A stretch of 64,000 nucleotides of DNA from NCBI GenBank assembly GCA_043827025.1, contig JBDRPL010000009.1:4075-68074 (forward strand), written 5' to 3'. Below are positions 46,748 to 55,585 of the stretch, piece after piece. Source of the DNA: Candidatus Micrarchaeota archaeon (GTDB lineage: Archaea; Micrarchaeota; Micrarchaeia; Anstonellales; Bilamarchaeaceae). Every line of letters begins with the position of its first letter. The first letter of the stretch is position 1. Below the pieces are notes generated by a model, which saw only the letters and a list, made by a program, of their open reading frames with translations, searched no databases and was not told the origin of the DNA. The position numbers and the translations under genes were made by a program.

Positions 46748-47782
46748 CTAGTCGTCACCCATGAATTTCAATGGCTTGTTCTTTTTGTGCTTCAGCGCCT
46801 TTTTGATGACCTTGGAGAATACCCAGACGAGGAAGATTACAAACACCACGAGTATTCCTATTATCGTTTCTCCTGAAACCTGAAGCAGAACTCCCAGGTT
46901 CGTGATAGTATTGTAGGCCATATGCACTATTATTGCAGGTATGACTGCAAAAGGAAGGTACTTGTCATCATTTGGATCTTTGTTCTTTCGTATAAGGCCC
47001 ACGATTCCACCCGTTATTCCAGTGAAAACCCCGTGGAGCAAACCGCTTCCGAATATCCTCAAACCCACCAGGCTAAGCCATGGCACAAGCCCGATTTCAA
47101 ATGGAGAATAAAATGTATAATATCCCCAGTTTTCCATAAAAGAGAATCCCACACCTATGATAAAACCATAAAGTATGCCATCCATCATGTCATCCATTTC
47201 GTGATGGAAAGACATCACAATAACTCCGCTTCCCTTGATTATTTCTTCTATCACTGGGCCTGCGATTGAGATCACTATTGCTCCTGCAATGACTGTTCCG
47301 AAAACAGCTGTTAATTCTGTTTCAGCGAAATCATTTGCAAAAGCTGAGATGAATGTTGCGATACAACCTAGGAGGAATAATGTAGGCACGAATCTCAAAG
47401 GCTCTCTTTCCCTTGAATCAATTATCCACATTATGACTGCGTATGCAAAAGAAAATGCAAGAGCGATTGCGCCGGCAGCAACAAAAGTGAAGATCACCTC
47501 TCTTGTGTTTGGCAGGTCTATTGAAATCATATAGACATAAATTCCTATGAACGCAAGCCCAATTATCCAGAAATAAATTGAAACAAGGAATGAAGTGATT
47601 TTTTGGGAGAAGGTCATTCCAGGCCTGAAAGGGCGGAACAATGTTTTTGATGCATACTCTCCCTTATACGCCTCGACATTCTTTTGCCTTTTTGAGTAGC
47701 GGTACATCAAGTATGCCCCTCCTATGACAAAGAGGAGCATTATGAATATGAAAACTGTGTCAACGATATAGATATCTTCCAT
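46748..47782 (-). CDS. PrsW family intramembrane metalloprotease
   Basis: EEIIKG, GFSFMEN, LLHGVFT, HMAYN motifs in TM helices. Confidence 0.9.
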   Translation of the reverse strand: MEDIYIVDTVFIFIMLLFVIGGAYLMYRYSKRQKNVEAYKGEYASKTLFRPFRPGMTFSQKITSFLVSIYFWIIGLAFIGIYVYMISIDLPNTREVIFTFVAAGAIALAFSFAYAVIMWIIDSREREPLRFVPTLFLLGCIATFISAFANDFAETELTAVFGTVIAGAIVISIAGPVIEEIIKGSGVIVMSFHHEMDDMMDGILYGFIIGVGFSFMENWGYYTFYSPFEIGLVPWLSLVGLRIFGSGLLHGVFTGITGGIVGLIRKNKDPNDDKYLPFAVIPAIIVHMAYNTITNLGVLLQVSGETIIGILVVFVIFLVWVFSKVIKKALKHKKNKPLKFMGDD

Positions 47783-47788
47783 AATACA

Positions 47789-48505
47789 TCATCCATACAT
47801 GGACCCAGTAGGCTTCTTGGAGATTATCTTGGATTTTATCATCTTGTTTTTCATCTGTTTTTCCATGTCTTTGGCTTCTGTTTGAAGCTCTTTTATGTCA
47901 ATTTTTATGTTCAGTATTTTTGATAGCGCTAATATGGCATTTGCAGCTGCCTTTGGATCCAATTCGTCCTGGGATGATTCTGCAAGTATTGAAAGTACTG
48001 GAAATTTCAGGACTGTTCCCATTGTAAGAAGAGTTCCTGCGACTCCTGTGGTTGCACCTTCTTTTATTGAGTTGGCTATCTTTTTCTTTTCCAGTTCCTT
48101 GACCTTGCCTAGGTCTGTGGATATTGCATATATCTTGTCCTCACCTTCATGCATGCATATGCCTCCAAGTGTGATTGCTTCCTTGGCTTTTATGGACGTC
48201 ATGTATTCGTATATCTTTTGGGCAAGTTCCATTGAGGTTGCAACTGGTATGGACATTTCTGAAAGTATGACTACTAGGTTGTATTGTTCTGAATAATGTA
48301 TTCTTGCTGCTGGGAGTGGAACATAATCATGGATGGCTGCGAGTGGTGCAAAGCTTTCGCTTGTTATATAGCCTACGAACTCAAGCTTCAGACTGTCGAT
48401 TATCTGGCTTGCTGCCACGCTTCCGACAAGGCCTGTGCCTGGAAAACCGATAATAACAGTAGGATTCTTCGTCTTTATGTCTTTTATTTTGTGGATTTCG
48501 ACCAT
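47789..48505 (-). CDS. PAC2 family proteasome assembly chaperone
   Basis: GFPGTGLVGSVA, ITLGG, DPKAA motifs. Confidence 0.9.
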   Translation of the reverse strand: MVEIHKIKDIKTKNPTVIIGFPGTGLVGSVAASQIIDSLKLEFVGYITSESFAPLAAIHDYVPLPAARIHYSEQYNLVVILSEMSIPVATSMELAQKIYEYMTSIKAKEAITLGGICMHEGEDKIYAISTDLGKVKELEKKKIANSIKEGATTGVAGTLLTMGTVLKFPVLSILAESSQDELDPKAAANAILALSKILNIKIDIKELQTEAKDMEKQMKNKMIKSKIISKKPTGSMYG

Positions 48506-48571
48506 GGAGGTATAAATGAAGCCAAAGTTTATATATTATTTGAATCTATCTTATACTATTGAGGTAATGTC

Positions 48572-48742
48572 ATGTCTTGGAAATCACAAAGCGTATCAAT
48601 GCCAATGACTTCAGCAGGTATTGTAGGCATCGCAGCAAATGAACAGCTTGCAGGCATACAGATAGATCCGAGGGTTGTAATCCTGGCAACACTTGTTTTT
48701 GTAGGAGTCGTAAAAATAGCAAGCATGCTTGTGATGGGATGA
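48572..48742 (+). CDS. secG: Preprotein translocase subunit Sec61-beta (archaeal SecG)
   Basis: Below ORF-track cutoff. GAGGT RBS; MPMTSAGIVG...IQIDPRVV followed by one TM helix; 56 aa. Confidence 0.85.
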   Translation: MSWKSQSVSMPMTSAGIVGIAANEQLAGIQIDPRVVILATLVFVGVVKIASMLVMG

Positions 48743-48749
48743 ATTTTTA

Positions 48750-49493
48750 CTAATCCTTTATTTGGTCCCACATAAACTCGAAGAATTTTTTATATCCATC
48801 AGCCAGTTTTCTGCCTTTCATCACGAATTGAATCGGCTCTTCGTCTAATTGGCCTGGCCCGATACCTACAAATGTAACTACTCGGTCGCCAAATATGTCA
48901 ACTGCAGTCTGGCTCGAATATTTTTTCGGAAAGAATTTGTACGGTTTGTCGACCAGTTTCAATATCTCTGGTTTCTGCTCCTTTACTTCGTAATCGAAAA
49001 TGTGCCTGAACTCAATTCCTCTTTTTTTCCGCTCCTGGTCGAACTTAACCAGAAAATGCTTGAGTCTTGGGTCAAGCCAGAATGCCTTTGCCCCTATGAA
49101 ATAAACAGTCTCGCCAGTGTCAAGTATGTCCTGCAAATACTGCTTGAAACCATTGATTCCTTTATAGACATAAGCCGTTTCGTCTTCTTCATACCTATTG
49201 AATTTCTTTTCCAAATCCGGCAGTATCTCATTTAGCTTCTTTTCCTTTTCCTGTATCAAATCCAATAGCCGAGAAGGGTGAATGGCGTGATACTCTTTTC
49301 GGTTGTGAATAAATGTTTCAGATATTAGCCCTTTTTCCAGCAGTTTGGCAAGCACATCATAGATATTTCTTCTATGGACTTTTGATTTGGTCGCCATTTG
49401 CTCTATTGAAGAGCTTCCCAATGACAGGAGTGATTCATAGACCTTGGATTCATTTTGGCCAAGACCGAGTTCTTCTAATATTTTCTCATACAT
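48750..49493 (-). CDS. TrmB family transcriptional regulator
   Basis: LGLGQNESKVYESLL...VHRRNIYDVLAKLLEKGL wHTH, C-terminal PLD-like sensor region. Confidence 0.9.
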   Translation of the reverse strand: MYEKILEELGLGQNESKVYESLLSLGSSSIEQMATKSKVHRRNIYDVLAKLLEKGLISETFIHNRKEYHAIHPSRLLDLIQEKEKKLNEILPDLEKKFNRYEEDETAYVYKGINGFKQYLQDILDTGETVYFIGAKAFWLDPRLKHFLVKFDQERKKRGIEFRHIFDYEVKEQKPEILKLVDKPYKFFPKKYSSQTAVDIFGDRVVTFVGIGPGQLDEEPIQFVMKGRKLADGYKKFFEFMWDQIKD

Positions 49494-49498
49494 GTTTC

Positions 49499-49711
49499 TC
49501 ACAACAATGCAATAAGTTCTTCCTTCGAAAGGCCCATGACTCTCAGAATTTGCAAAAGGGTTCCTTTTTTGAGTTCCTTATGCTGAGGGATAACGAGAAG
49601 TACAGATTCCTTTTTTAGAATAAGGTGGCTGCCTTTTTGCCTGGTTATTGCAAAACCGATTTTTACTGCCACTTTGGTAAGTTCTGCACCGCTTATAACT
49701 GGCAGTTTCAT
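49499..49711 (-). CDS. hicA: HicA mRNA interferase toxin
   Basis: GFAITRQKGSHLIL, VIPQHKELKKGTLLQIL. Confidence 0.93.
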   Translation of the reverse strand: MKLPVISGAELTKVAVKIGFAITRQKGSHLILKKESVLLVIPQHKELKKGTLLQILRVMGLSKEELIALL

Positions 49712-49715
49712 ATCT

Positions 49716-49943
49716 TCACGAAGAGAATGCGGATGGTTCTACGACAGTAATGTTCTTTAGGATTGATCGAAGCTTGGAACCTTCTATCTCTTCCATGTAT
49801 ACCTCTGCAGCTTCCTTTATGTTGGCGAATGCTTCCTCTTTTGTTTCTCCTTGTGAGATGCAACCTGGAAGTTCAGGAACATATACGGTATATCCGCCTT
49901 CTTCTTGTTTTTCCAAGACTACATGGTATTTCATATTATTCAT
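49716..49943 (-). CDS. hicB: HicB antitoxin (short form)
   Basis: EEGGYTVYVPELPGCISQGETKEEAFANIKEA. Confidence 0.93.
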   Translation of the reverse strand: MNNMKYHVVLEKQEEGGYTVYVPELPGCISQGETKEEAFANIKEAAEVYMEEIEGSKLRSILKNITVVEPSAFSS

Positions 49944-50051
49944 TATATTCCACCTTGTTTTTATTCTTACTGTTTTTCTTATGGTGATAAATGCCACCAA
50001 CATTATTTAAGTATTCCATATGTCATAATAAAAATCAAAAGGTGTTTTTAT

Positions 50052-50720
50052 ATGAAAACAAGAAATCGTATAACAAAGATTGCAACTGCGACTGTAGCAG
50101 CAATAACAATCGCAGCATTATGTTTTCCATTCAAGGCAAAAGCTGACGAGCTCTCGTTAACTCGAGGAACTGCAGCACAACTTTTTTATCAAACTAACAG
50201 AGAACAAAGACAGAAAGTAGGAATAGGATTTGATTCGACTTTCAGTTTAAGGGATTTTTCACTTGGTTTAGGTACTTCTGTTGTTTCTGAACTTGGAAAA
50301 GGTAACACTTCGCTTGAACGGGCAGGTCTTTCATTCGGTTTTCCGCTTCCTTTTGGTCTGAGTGCAACAACCTATGCTCAGATATATCAGTTCTTAGGTG
50401 GACAACGTGCATTTGGCGGAGTGCTTCATTTGCCCTTAGGACAAGTGACTTTGCAAGCTGGTGGAGAAAGAGATGTTGCAGGTGCAACCCCTGTTTTTGC
50501 AGGCGCGGATTTTCCCATTGGACCAGTTCTTATTTCACCAACAGCAATAGCTCCAATGGTTGATGGACAAGATTATCCTAACCTAGGAGGAACAGTAAAA
50601 CTAACCTGGAAAACAAAAGTAGCAAATTTCTTCCTGCAGGTTTTTGGAATGACAAATCCAGAGAAGAAAGAGCTTTTGGCAGGAAATGTGCAGGCAGGAG
50701 TGGAAATTCCAATCAACTAA
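50052..50720 (+). CDS. Secreted protein with amphipathic beta-strand patterning (candidate transmembrane beta-barrel)
   Basis: Signal peptide ending AKA|D, about 11-12 alternating strands with PLG/PIG turns, C-terminal QAGVEIPIN. Confidence 0.55.
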   Translation: MKTRNRITKIATATVAAITIAALCFPFKAKADELSLTRGTAAQLFYQTNREQRQKVGIGFDSTFSLRDFSLGLGTSVVSELGKGNTSLERAGLSFGFPLPFGLSATTYAQIYQFLGGQRAFGGVLHLPLGQVTLQAGGERDVAGATPVFAGADFPIGPVLISPTAIAPMVDGQDYPNLGGTVKLTWKTKVANFFLQVFGMTNPEKKELLAGNVQAGVEIPIN

Positions 50721-51743
50721 TCAATCTCTGGCCTCTAAAACAAGTATCTTATTTCTTTTTGCCCCGCTTAATTTAAGCGCCTTAATCAATTCAGACAATT
50801 CAGTTATTGGAACCAATTTGTCTCCTGCTTTGACTTTGAAATCTATCCCCTTTTCAGGGTAAGGCAAATCGATTATCATTCCATTTCCGAATTTTTGCTT
50901 CGGAAGCGAGTCAAGTTCTTTGATTGCCTTATACAACTTTCTGTTTAGTATTCTTTCAACAAACTCCTTTCCGCTTGTTTTTCTCAGAAGCATCAATGCC
51001 TCGTCATCCCCAAGTCCTAGGAATTCTTCCGCATTTATGTCCTTGTTTTCAATTGCCATTTCAACAGCTTTGCGGAACATTGCAGCCGCTATCCTGGTCG
51101 TCTTATGCAGATAAACGGTAGAGAACATCATGAATCTTGCAATCAGCAATGTCTCGGCAGCTTCCAGCCCCCTTTCTTCAATACAAAGTTCGCCGTTTTC
51201 AATACAGAGCGTGTGGGTGAGCCTGTCAGTATCAATTATTCCATAGGCAACTCCTGTATTGTGGGCGTCCCTTGTCAAATAATCCATCCTGTCAGCACCA
51301 AGGTCTGATGTAACTATTTCACCTTTCTTGCTTTCACCTATTCTCCATATTTCTTTTGCAGAATGATTTTCATTTAATATGTCTGCTATTTCTTCTTTAC
51401 AAACTTTTTGTTCTCCGATTTTTTCATGATCTCCAAGGTATGTTTTCAATATTTTTTCAGAATCATGTGAGAATGCAAGATGGCCGATGTCATGCAGTAA
51501 TGCATAGAGCCTCAGCTCTTGTTTTTCTTCATTGCCTATCTGAAGCTTGTCTGCTATCTGTGAAGTCAGATGCATTGTGCCGAGCGCATGGGCAAATCTC
51601 GTATGTGTTGCTCCTGGATAAACAAGGTAGGTGAGTGCCATCTGTTTTATCCTATGTAGCCTTTGGAATTCTGCAGTATCTATCAATCGCTTTTCTGTTT
51701 CTGAAAAAGAAATAGTCCCGTAAATTTCATCTTTGATTATCAT
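50721..51743 (-). CDS. HD-domain phosphohydrolase (SAMHD1/dNTPase-like)
   Basis: QRLHRIKQ, HTRFAHALG, LLHDIGH, ADRMDYLTRD, VYLHKT. Confidence 0.92.
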   Translation of the reverse strand: MIIKDEIYGTISFSETEKRLIDTAEFQRLHRIKQMALTYLVYPGATHTRFAHALGTMHLTSQIADKLQIGNEEKQELRLYALLHDIGHLAFSHDSEKILKTYLGDHEKIGEQKVCKEEIADILNENHSAKEIWRIGESKKGEIVTSDLGADRMDYLTRDAHNTGVAYGIIDTDRLTHTLCIENGELCIEERGLEAAETLLIARFMMFSTVYLHKTTRIAAAMFRKAVEMAIENKDINAEEFLGLGDDEALMLLRKTSGKEFVERILNRKLYKAIKELDSLPKQKFGNGMIIDLPYPEKGIDFKVKAGDKLVPITELSELIKALKLSGAKRNKILVLEARD

Positions 51744-51755
51744 GCTCTCGCCAAA

Positions 51756-52523
51756 CTATACCAAACTAAACATTCCCTTCTTCTTTTCTATTACTTCCCC
51801 CTCTTCGCCAAGGAACCTTAAAATCACTGTGACAGCATCAGCTTCAAGATTGCACCTCTTTCCAATTCCAACAGCATCACAATCTCCTTCTCCAAGTGCC
51901 TTCTTTATCGCATTTGAGGTTTTTTCATAATATGTTTTAGTGGCAGCGTAGAATTTCTGGTCAAATCCTTTGACTGCGAGTATACTAGATTTTTCACTCT
52001 TCATTTTCTGCGAGAACGCATATGCTTGGTTGCTGTCTGTTAGTATGAGGTAGCCTTTTTTTTTGAGTTCCAATACGAAATCCCCTGGCATCTCTGATTT
52101 TCTTTCTCCTTGTACAACAGGTTTTACTAGGGGTCCGTTTGTTTGTTGGCCTTTCACAAAATTGAAGATGTTGTCAGTTATATTATATACTCCATCAGGA
52201 TATTTCTTGTTTTGGTAGACTGTTATGAGTTTCTTTGACAACAGTCCTGAAAGCGTCTTTCTTTCTGTGTCATTGAGCGTCTTGTCTATCTTTGGAGGGA
52301 CCCTGTCTTCGAACTTAAATGCAAGCAACTTCAATACTAATGTCTTTTCCTCATGGTTGAGAAGTACATCGCCTGTTTTTTGCTTTACTACTTCCACATT
52401 TCCAAGCCTTTTGCTTAGCAGATAAAACCCGTCCTTAAGTTTGAAAAATTCAACATCAGATCCAAGTTCATCTGGCAGTTCCAAGTAGTATTTGTTTTCT
52501 CTTTTCAGAACTCGGGTTTCCAT
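51756..52523 (-). CDS. Hypothetical protein, possible winged-helix domains
   Basis: 255-aa ORF co-oriented with the HD gene; LLSKKLI and FLGEEGEV wHTH-like segments. Confidence 0.65.
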   Translation of the reverse strand: METRVLKRENKYYLELPDELGSDVEFFKLKDGFYLLSKRLGNVEVVKQKTGDVLLNHEEKTLVLKLLAFKFEDRVPPKIDKTLNDTERKTLSGLLSKKLITVYQNKKYPDGVYNITDNIFNFVKGQQTNGPLVKPVVQGERKSEMPGDFVLELKKKGYLILTDSNQAYAFSQKMKSEKSSILAVKGFDQKFYAATKTYYEKTSNAIKKALGEGDCDAVGIGKRCNLEADAVTVILRFLGEEGEVIEKKKGMFSLV

Positions 52524-52604
52524 GTGATATCTAGTATTCGTTGATAATTTTTAATACTATCTCTGGCCAAAGCTTTCGTTTAAAAAAAATAAAAAAAGAT
52601 ATGC

Positions 52605-53216
52605 TTATCCGGAGAGTCCTGGCATATCTCCTTCACAGCTGAGCATTATTGCTTCCTGAGTATCAGGATCATCATAGCCCTCCATCATCATGATGAGTTC
52701 TATGCCGAATATAGTTGTCTTTTTGTTTTCTGCATCTCCTCCCCTCATCATATTTATCACGGGGTTTGGAAGTGTGCATTTCTTGTATTTTCCAGCATAT
52801 GCTTTTTGGTCTTCCATCTGTATGTTGTCAGCAGGGCCATATTGTACCTTGACCATGCATCCGTCACCTGATGGGCCTTCTATAGTGAAGTCCAACCCCT
52901 TATCTGGTTCTGTGACCTTTGCCTTTGAACAGGCAAGTAAATTCTCATAGATGCAGTAATTTGCATTGATGTCGTTATCTGTTGTTGGCGGAACTGTTTT
53001 TTCATAGATCTTGCCGCAATCCGCGTATGTGGGTGCAGTTGTCACCGGCGTTGTCGTTACTGGGGGTGTTGTTTGTGTGCCATCTGTAGTGGTTGTTGTT
53101 TCCGTTGTTGCAGGTGCATTTTGATCTATTGTGCTTGTGCTGGTACAGCCGCTGAGCATCAGCATCGCAATTATTAATCCTATCAAAAGGACCGACTTAT
53201 TTTTTTGAAATTCCAT
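52605..53216 (-). CDS. Lipoprotein with Thr/Pro linker and Cys-containing domain
   Basis: Lipobox LSGC, TTTPPVTTTP linker; GGAGGG RBS before ATG 53216. Confidence 0.8.
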   Translation of the reverse strand: MEFQKNKSVLLIGLIIAMLMLSGCTSTSTIDQNAPATTETTTTTDGTQTTPPVTTTPVTTAPTYADCGKIYEKTVPPTTDNDINANYCIYENLLACSKAKVTEPDKGLDFTIEGPSGDGCMVKVQYGPADNIQMEDQKAYAGKYKKCTLPNPVINMMRGGDAENKKTTIFGIELIMMMEGYDDPDTQEAIMLSCEGDMPGLSG

Positions 53217-53233
53217 TTTATCCCCTCCTTTCA

Positions 53234-54136
53234 TTATTTTTTGTGTAGGTATTCCTTCACCATTTCTTTTATACCTTCGGGTGTCTTCCTTGGCTTGAAC
53301 TTCAGTTCTTTCTTTGCCTTTGCGCAGTTAAAAAACCTGTCGTTGGCAAGTATGTTCAGGTGCTCGGAAGTAAGGAATTGTTTTTTATTCATCAGCTTTT
53401 TTATCATGCCTTGTAATAGGAAAAGCGCTTTGGCGATTGCCACACTTGTTTTTTTCGGCTCCATCCTGATTCTCAGAGCTTTGCAAACCGCCTCATGTGT
53501 TTCTATTTGAGTTATCGGGTCAGCGCAAACAACATAAACTCCTGGTTTTGCATTTACTGAGTTTGCGATTGCTCGTGCAACATCGTCCACATGCACAAAC
53601 GGAAGATGGTTCTTTCCATCTCCAATTATTGGCATCCTGCTCTTTGAAATATATTCAATCATCTTGAAATAATCTTCGAAACCAGGACCATATATCGTTC
53701 CAATCCTAAGCACCACATTTCCCTTGCCTTCCAAAACTTCCTGCTCGCTTGCATATTTGCTCTTTGCATATTCGCTGTCAGGTCTGCATCTTGTTTGTTC
53801 ATTAGCAGGGAGTTCCGCAAGTTTTTTGCCATAGACTGATATGGAACCTGCATAGATTATCCGTGTTTTTTTCGGGTCAATGGAATCACAAATCCTTTTC
53901 GTCAATCCGTAATTCGCATGCCACAATTCTTTCTTGTCATTGAATTTCATGGAGCCTGCAAGATGTATCACTGCATTTGCGCCTTTGAAAGTCTGTTTCA
54001 AATCAAGATTCGAATCGCGAAGATTAACAGGAATGGCATTTGGAATCAACTTTAAGACTGTCTTTCCAAGCCTTCCCTTAGCGCCTGTTATGTATATCTT
54101 CAGGTTCTGTTTAGGTTTCAATATACTCACTTTCAA
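53234..54136 (-). CDS. NAD-dependent epimerase/dehydratase (extended SDR)
   Basis: ITGAKGRLG, VIHLAG, YAKSK, LRIGTIYG, FVHVDDVA. Confidence 0.92.
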   Translation of the reverse strand: MKVSILKPKQNLKIYITGAKGRLGKTVLKLIPNAIPVNLRDSNLDLKQTFKGANAVIHLAGSMKFNDKKELWHANYGLTKRICDSIDPKKTRIIYAGSISVYGKKLAELPANEQTRCRPDSEYAKSKYASEQEVLEGKGNVVLRIGTIYGPGFEDYFKMIEYISKSRMPIIGDGKNHLPFVHVDDVARAIANSVNAKPGVYVVCADPITQIETHEAVCKALRIRMEPKKTSVAIAKALFLLQGMIKKLMNKKQFLTSEHLNILANDRFFNCAKAKKELKFKPRKTPEGIKEMVKEYLHKK

Positions 54137-54176
54137 TTAGAATTAGAAAAAGGAAAGAATAAAGGGATTTCTATTG

Positions 54177-54545
54177 TCAGTTGAGTCCTGGGTATAACTT
54201 TTTATCAATCGGATTGCATTTTTTGCCCAACTCGTCAAGGCCTTCCACTGCCCCTACGTTTACAATGCACATCTTGCCTAATTCATTGACCACAGGCATG
54301 CATTTCTTTCCCCATTCGTCAACGCCATCTACTTGGCCTGGGTTTACAGTGCATTTCTTGCCTGTGAGGATATCGATAGTCATCAATTTCTTTGATGCTG
54401 GCTGTACTGTTATTTTCGTGTCCCCTACAACTGGCGTGACTTTCTTGGCAATAGTCGCCTTCCCAGAAGCAGATTCTCCTTGGATACATCCTGCAAGCAG
54501 TATTGCCATTGCCAAAAGTCCGATTATCAATAGTTTGGTGTTCAT
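54177..54545 (-). CDS. Small lipoprotein with two 28-aa GKKC repeats
   Basis: Lipobox LAGC; DILTGKKCTVNPGQVDGVDEWGKKCMP and NELGKMCIVNVGAVEGLDELGKKCNP. Confidence 0.8.
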   Translation of the reverse strand: MNTKLLIIGLLAMAILLAGCIQGESASGKATIAKKVTPVVGDTKITVQPASKKLMTIDILTGKKCTVNPGQVDGVDEWGKKCMPVVNELGKMCIVNVGAVEGLDELGKKCNPIDKKLYPGLN

Positions 54546-54757
54546 AATTATCTATTGATCCGGGCATGTTTTTATTGGTTTGGGTTATTGCGAATGGCAT
54601 GGCGCAGGCAATTGGCATAATCGACAAAAAAGATTCAAAGCCAGTAATCAATAAGCTGAAAGCCATTGGATTTGATTAATCGAATAGCAGAACGAGTGAA
54701 AAAAGACGCGTATTTATAAACCTACAATTCCATATTTTCACCAATGATCGGTGATAC

Positions 54758-55582
54758 GTGATGGTAAGCCAGAAAACACTTATTTATGGTTCTGTTGCAA
54801 TTGGCGTGCTGGGTTTTTTCCTTAGCCTCATAAATGCTTCAGGCCCTAGTACAAACCCTCTTTTAGGGATGATAGGCGCAATATTTGCAGGGATGGGCGC
54901 GCTTTTTGCGGTAATTTTTGTAAAGTTTGGTTACATTGTGATACCTGCAATCACGAAAAGGACCGGCACTGTGGTTCAGTTTGAGAATTCCTATGAGATA
55001 CCTCCTTCAGAGGATGTGGTTGTGAAGAATGTTAATGGTGCATATTATGCCTCAGCATTCCTTAGCCTGGAGATATTTGAATCCGCCTCGGAAAAGTCCA
55101 ATGAGCAGAATATCGCATACAATGAGTTTTTCGAAAGGGCAATTTCGAACCTGAAATATGTCACAAAAATCTCATACTTAGTGTATGTCGAAGATATCAC
55201 AGAAGAAAGGAAAAGAATAGATACTAGGAGAGCAGAAGCCCAGCTTAGGCTCCAAAGAGAGAGGGAAAAGGGCGAACAGGACGTATTGAGGATCGACAAG
55301 TTTGAGAAAGAGATTTCGATGTTTGATGGCCAGCTTGACAAACTCATACGCGGTGAAAAGCCTATTGGTGTAATTGCAACAGCAATGACCTGCGCAGTTG
55401 GAGTTAGCAAGGATGCTGCAATTGCAAATGTGAAGGCGCAGGCCAATGAACTTACGACTCTATTGTCAAATGCACTTAATGTGAAAGTGGAGCAGCTTAC
55501 TGGAGACCAGATGCTGAAATGCTTTGAATGGGAATCTTTCTTCCCTGCGAAACCGCAGGATTTACAGGATAACTTGGTGTAA
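54758..55582 (+). CDS. Two-TM protein resembling VirB3 plus the VirB4/TraC N-terminal region
   Basis: Two N-terminal TM helices, coiled insert, C-terminal A...A.EL...L.N.LNV.V..LTG..M..CF pattern; directly upstream of the ATPase. Confidence 0.55.
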   Translation: MMVSQKTLIYGSVAIGVLGFFLSLINASGPSTNPLLGMIGAIFAGMGALFAVIFVKFGYIVIPAITKRTGTVVQFENSYEIPPSEDVVVKNVNGAYYASAFLSLEIFESASEKSNEQNIAYNEFFERAISNLKYVTKISYLVYVEDITEERKRIDTRRAEAQLRLQREREKGEQDVLRIDKFEKEISMFDGQLDKLIRGEKPIGVIATAMTCAVGVSKDAAIANVKAQANELTTLLSNALNVKVEQLTGDQMLKCFEWESFFPAKPQDLQDNLV

Positions 55583-55585
55583 GAT

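Noticed and set aside
54566-54679. Possible 37-aa ORF (MFLLVWVIANG...) upstream of the secretion operon
   Set aside because: No RBS or motif; lies in a divergent promoter region.
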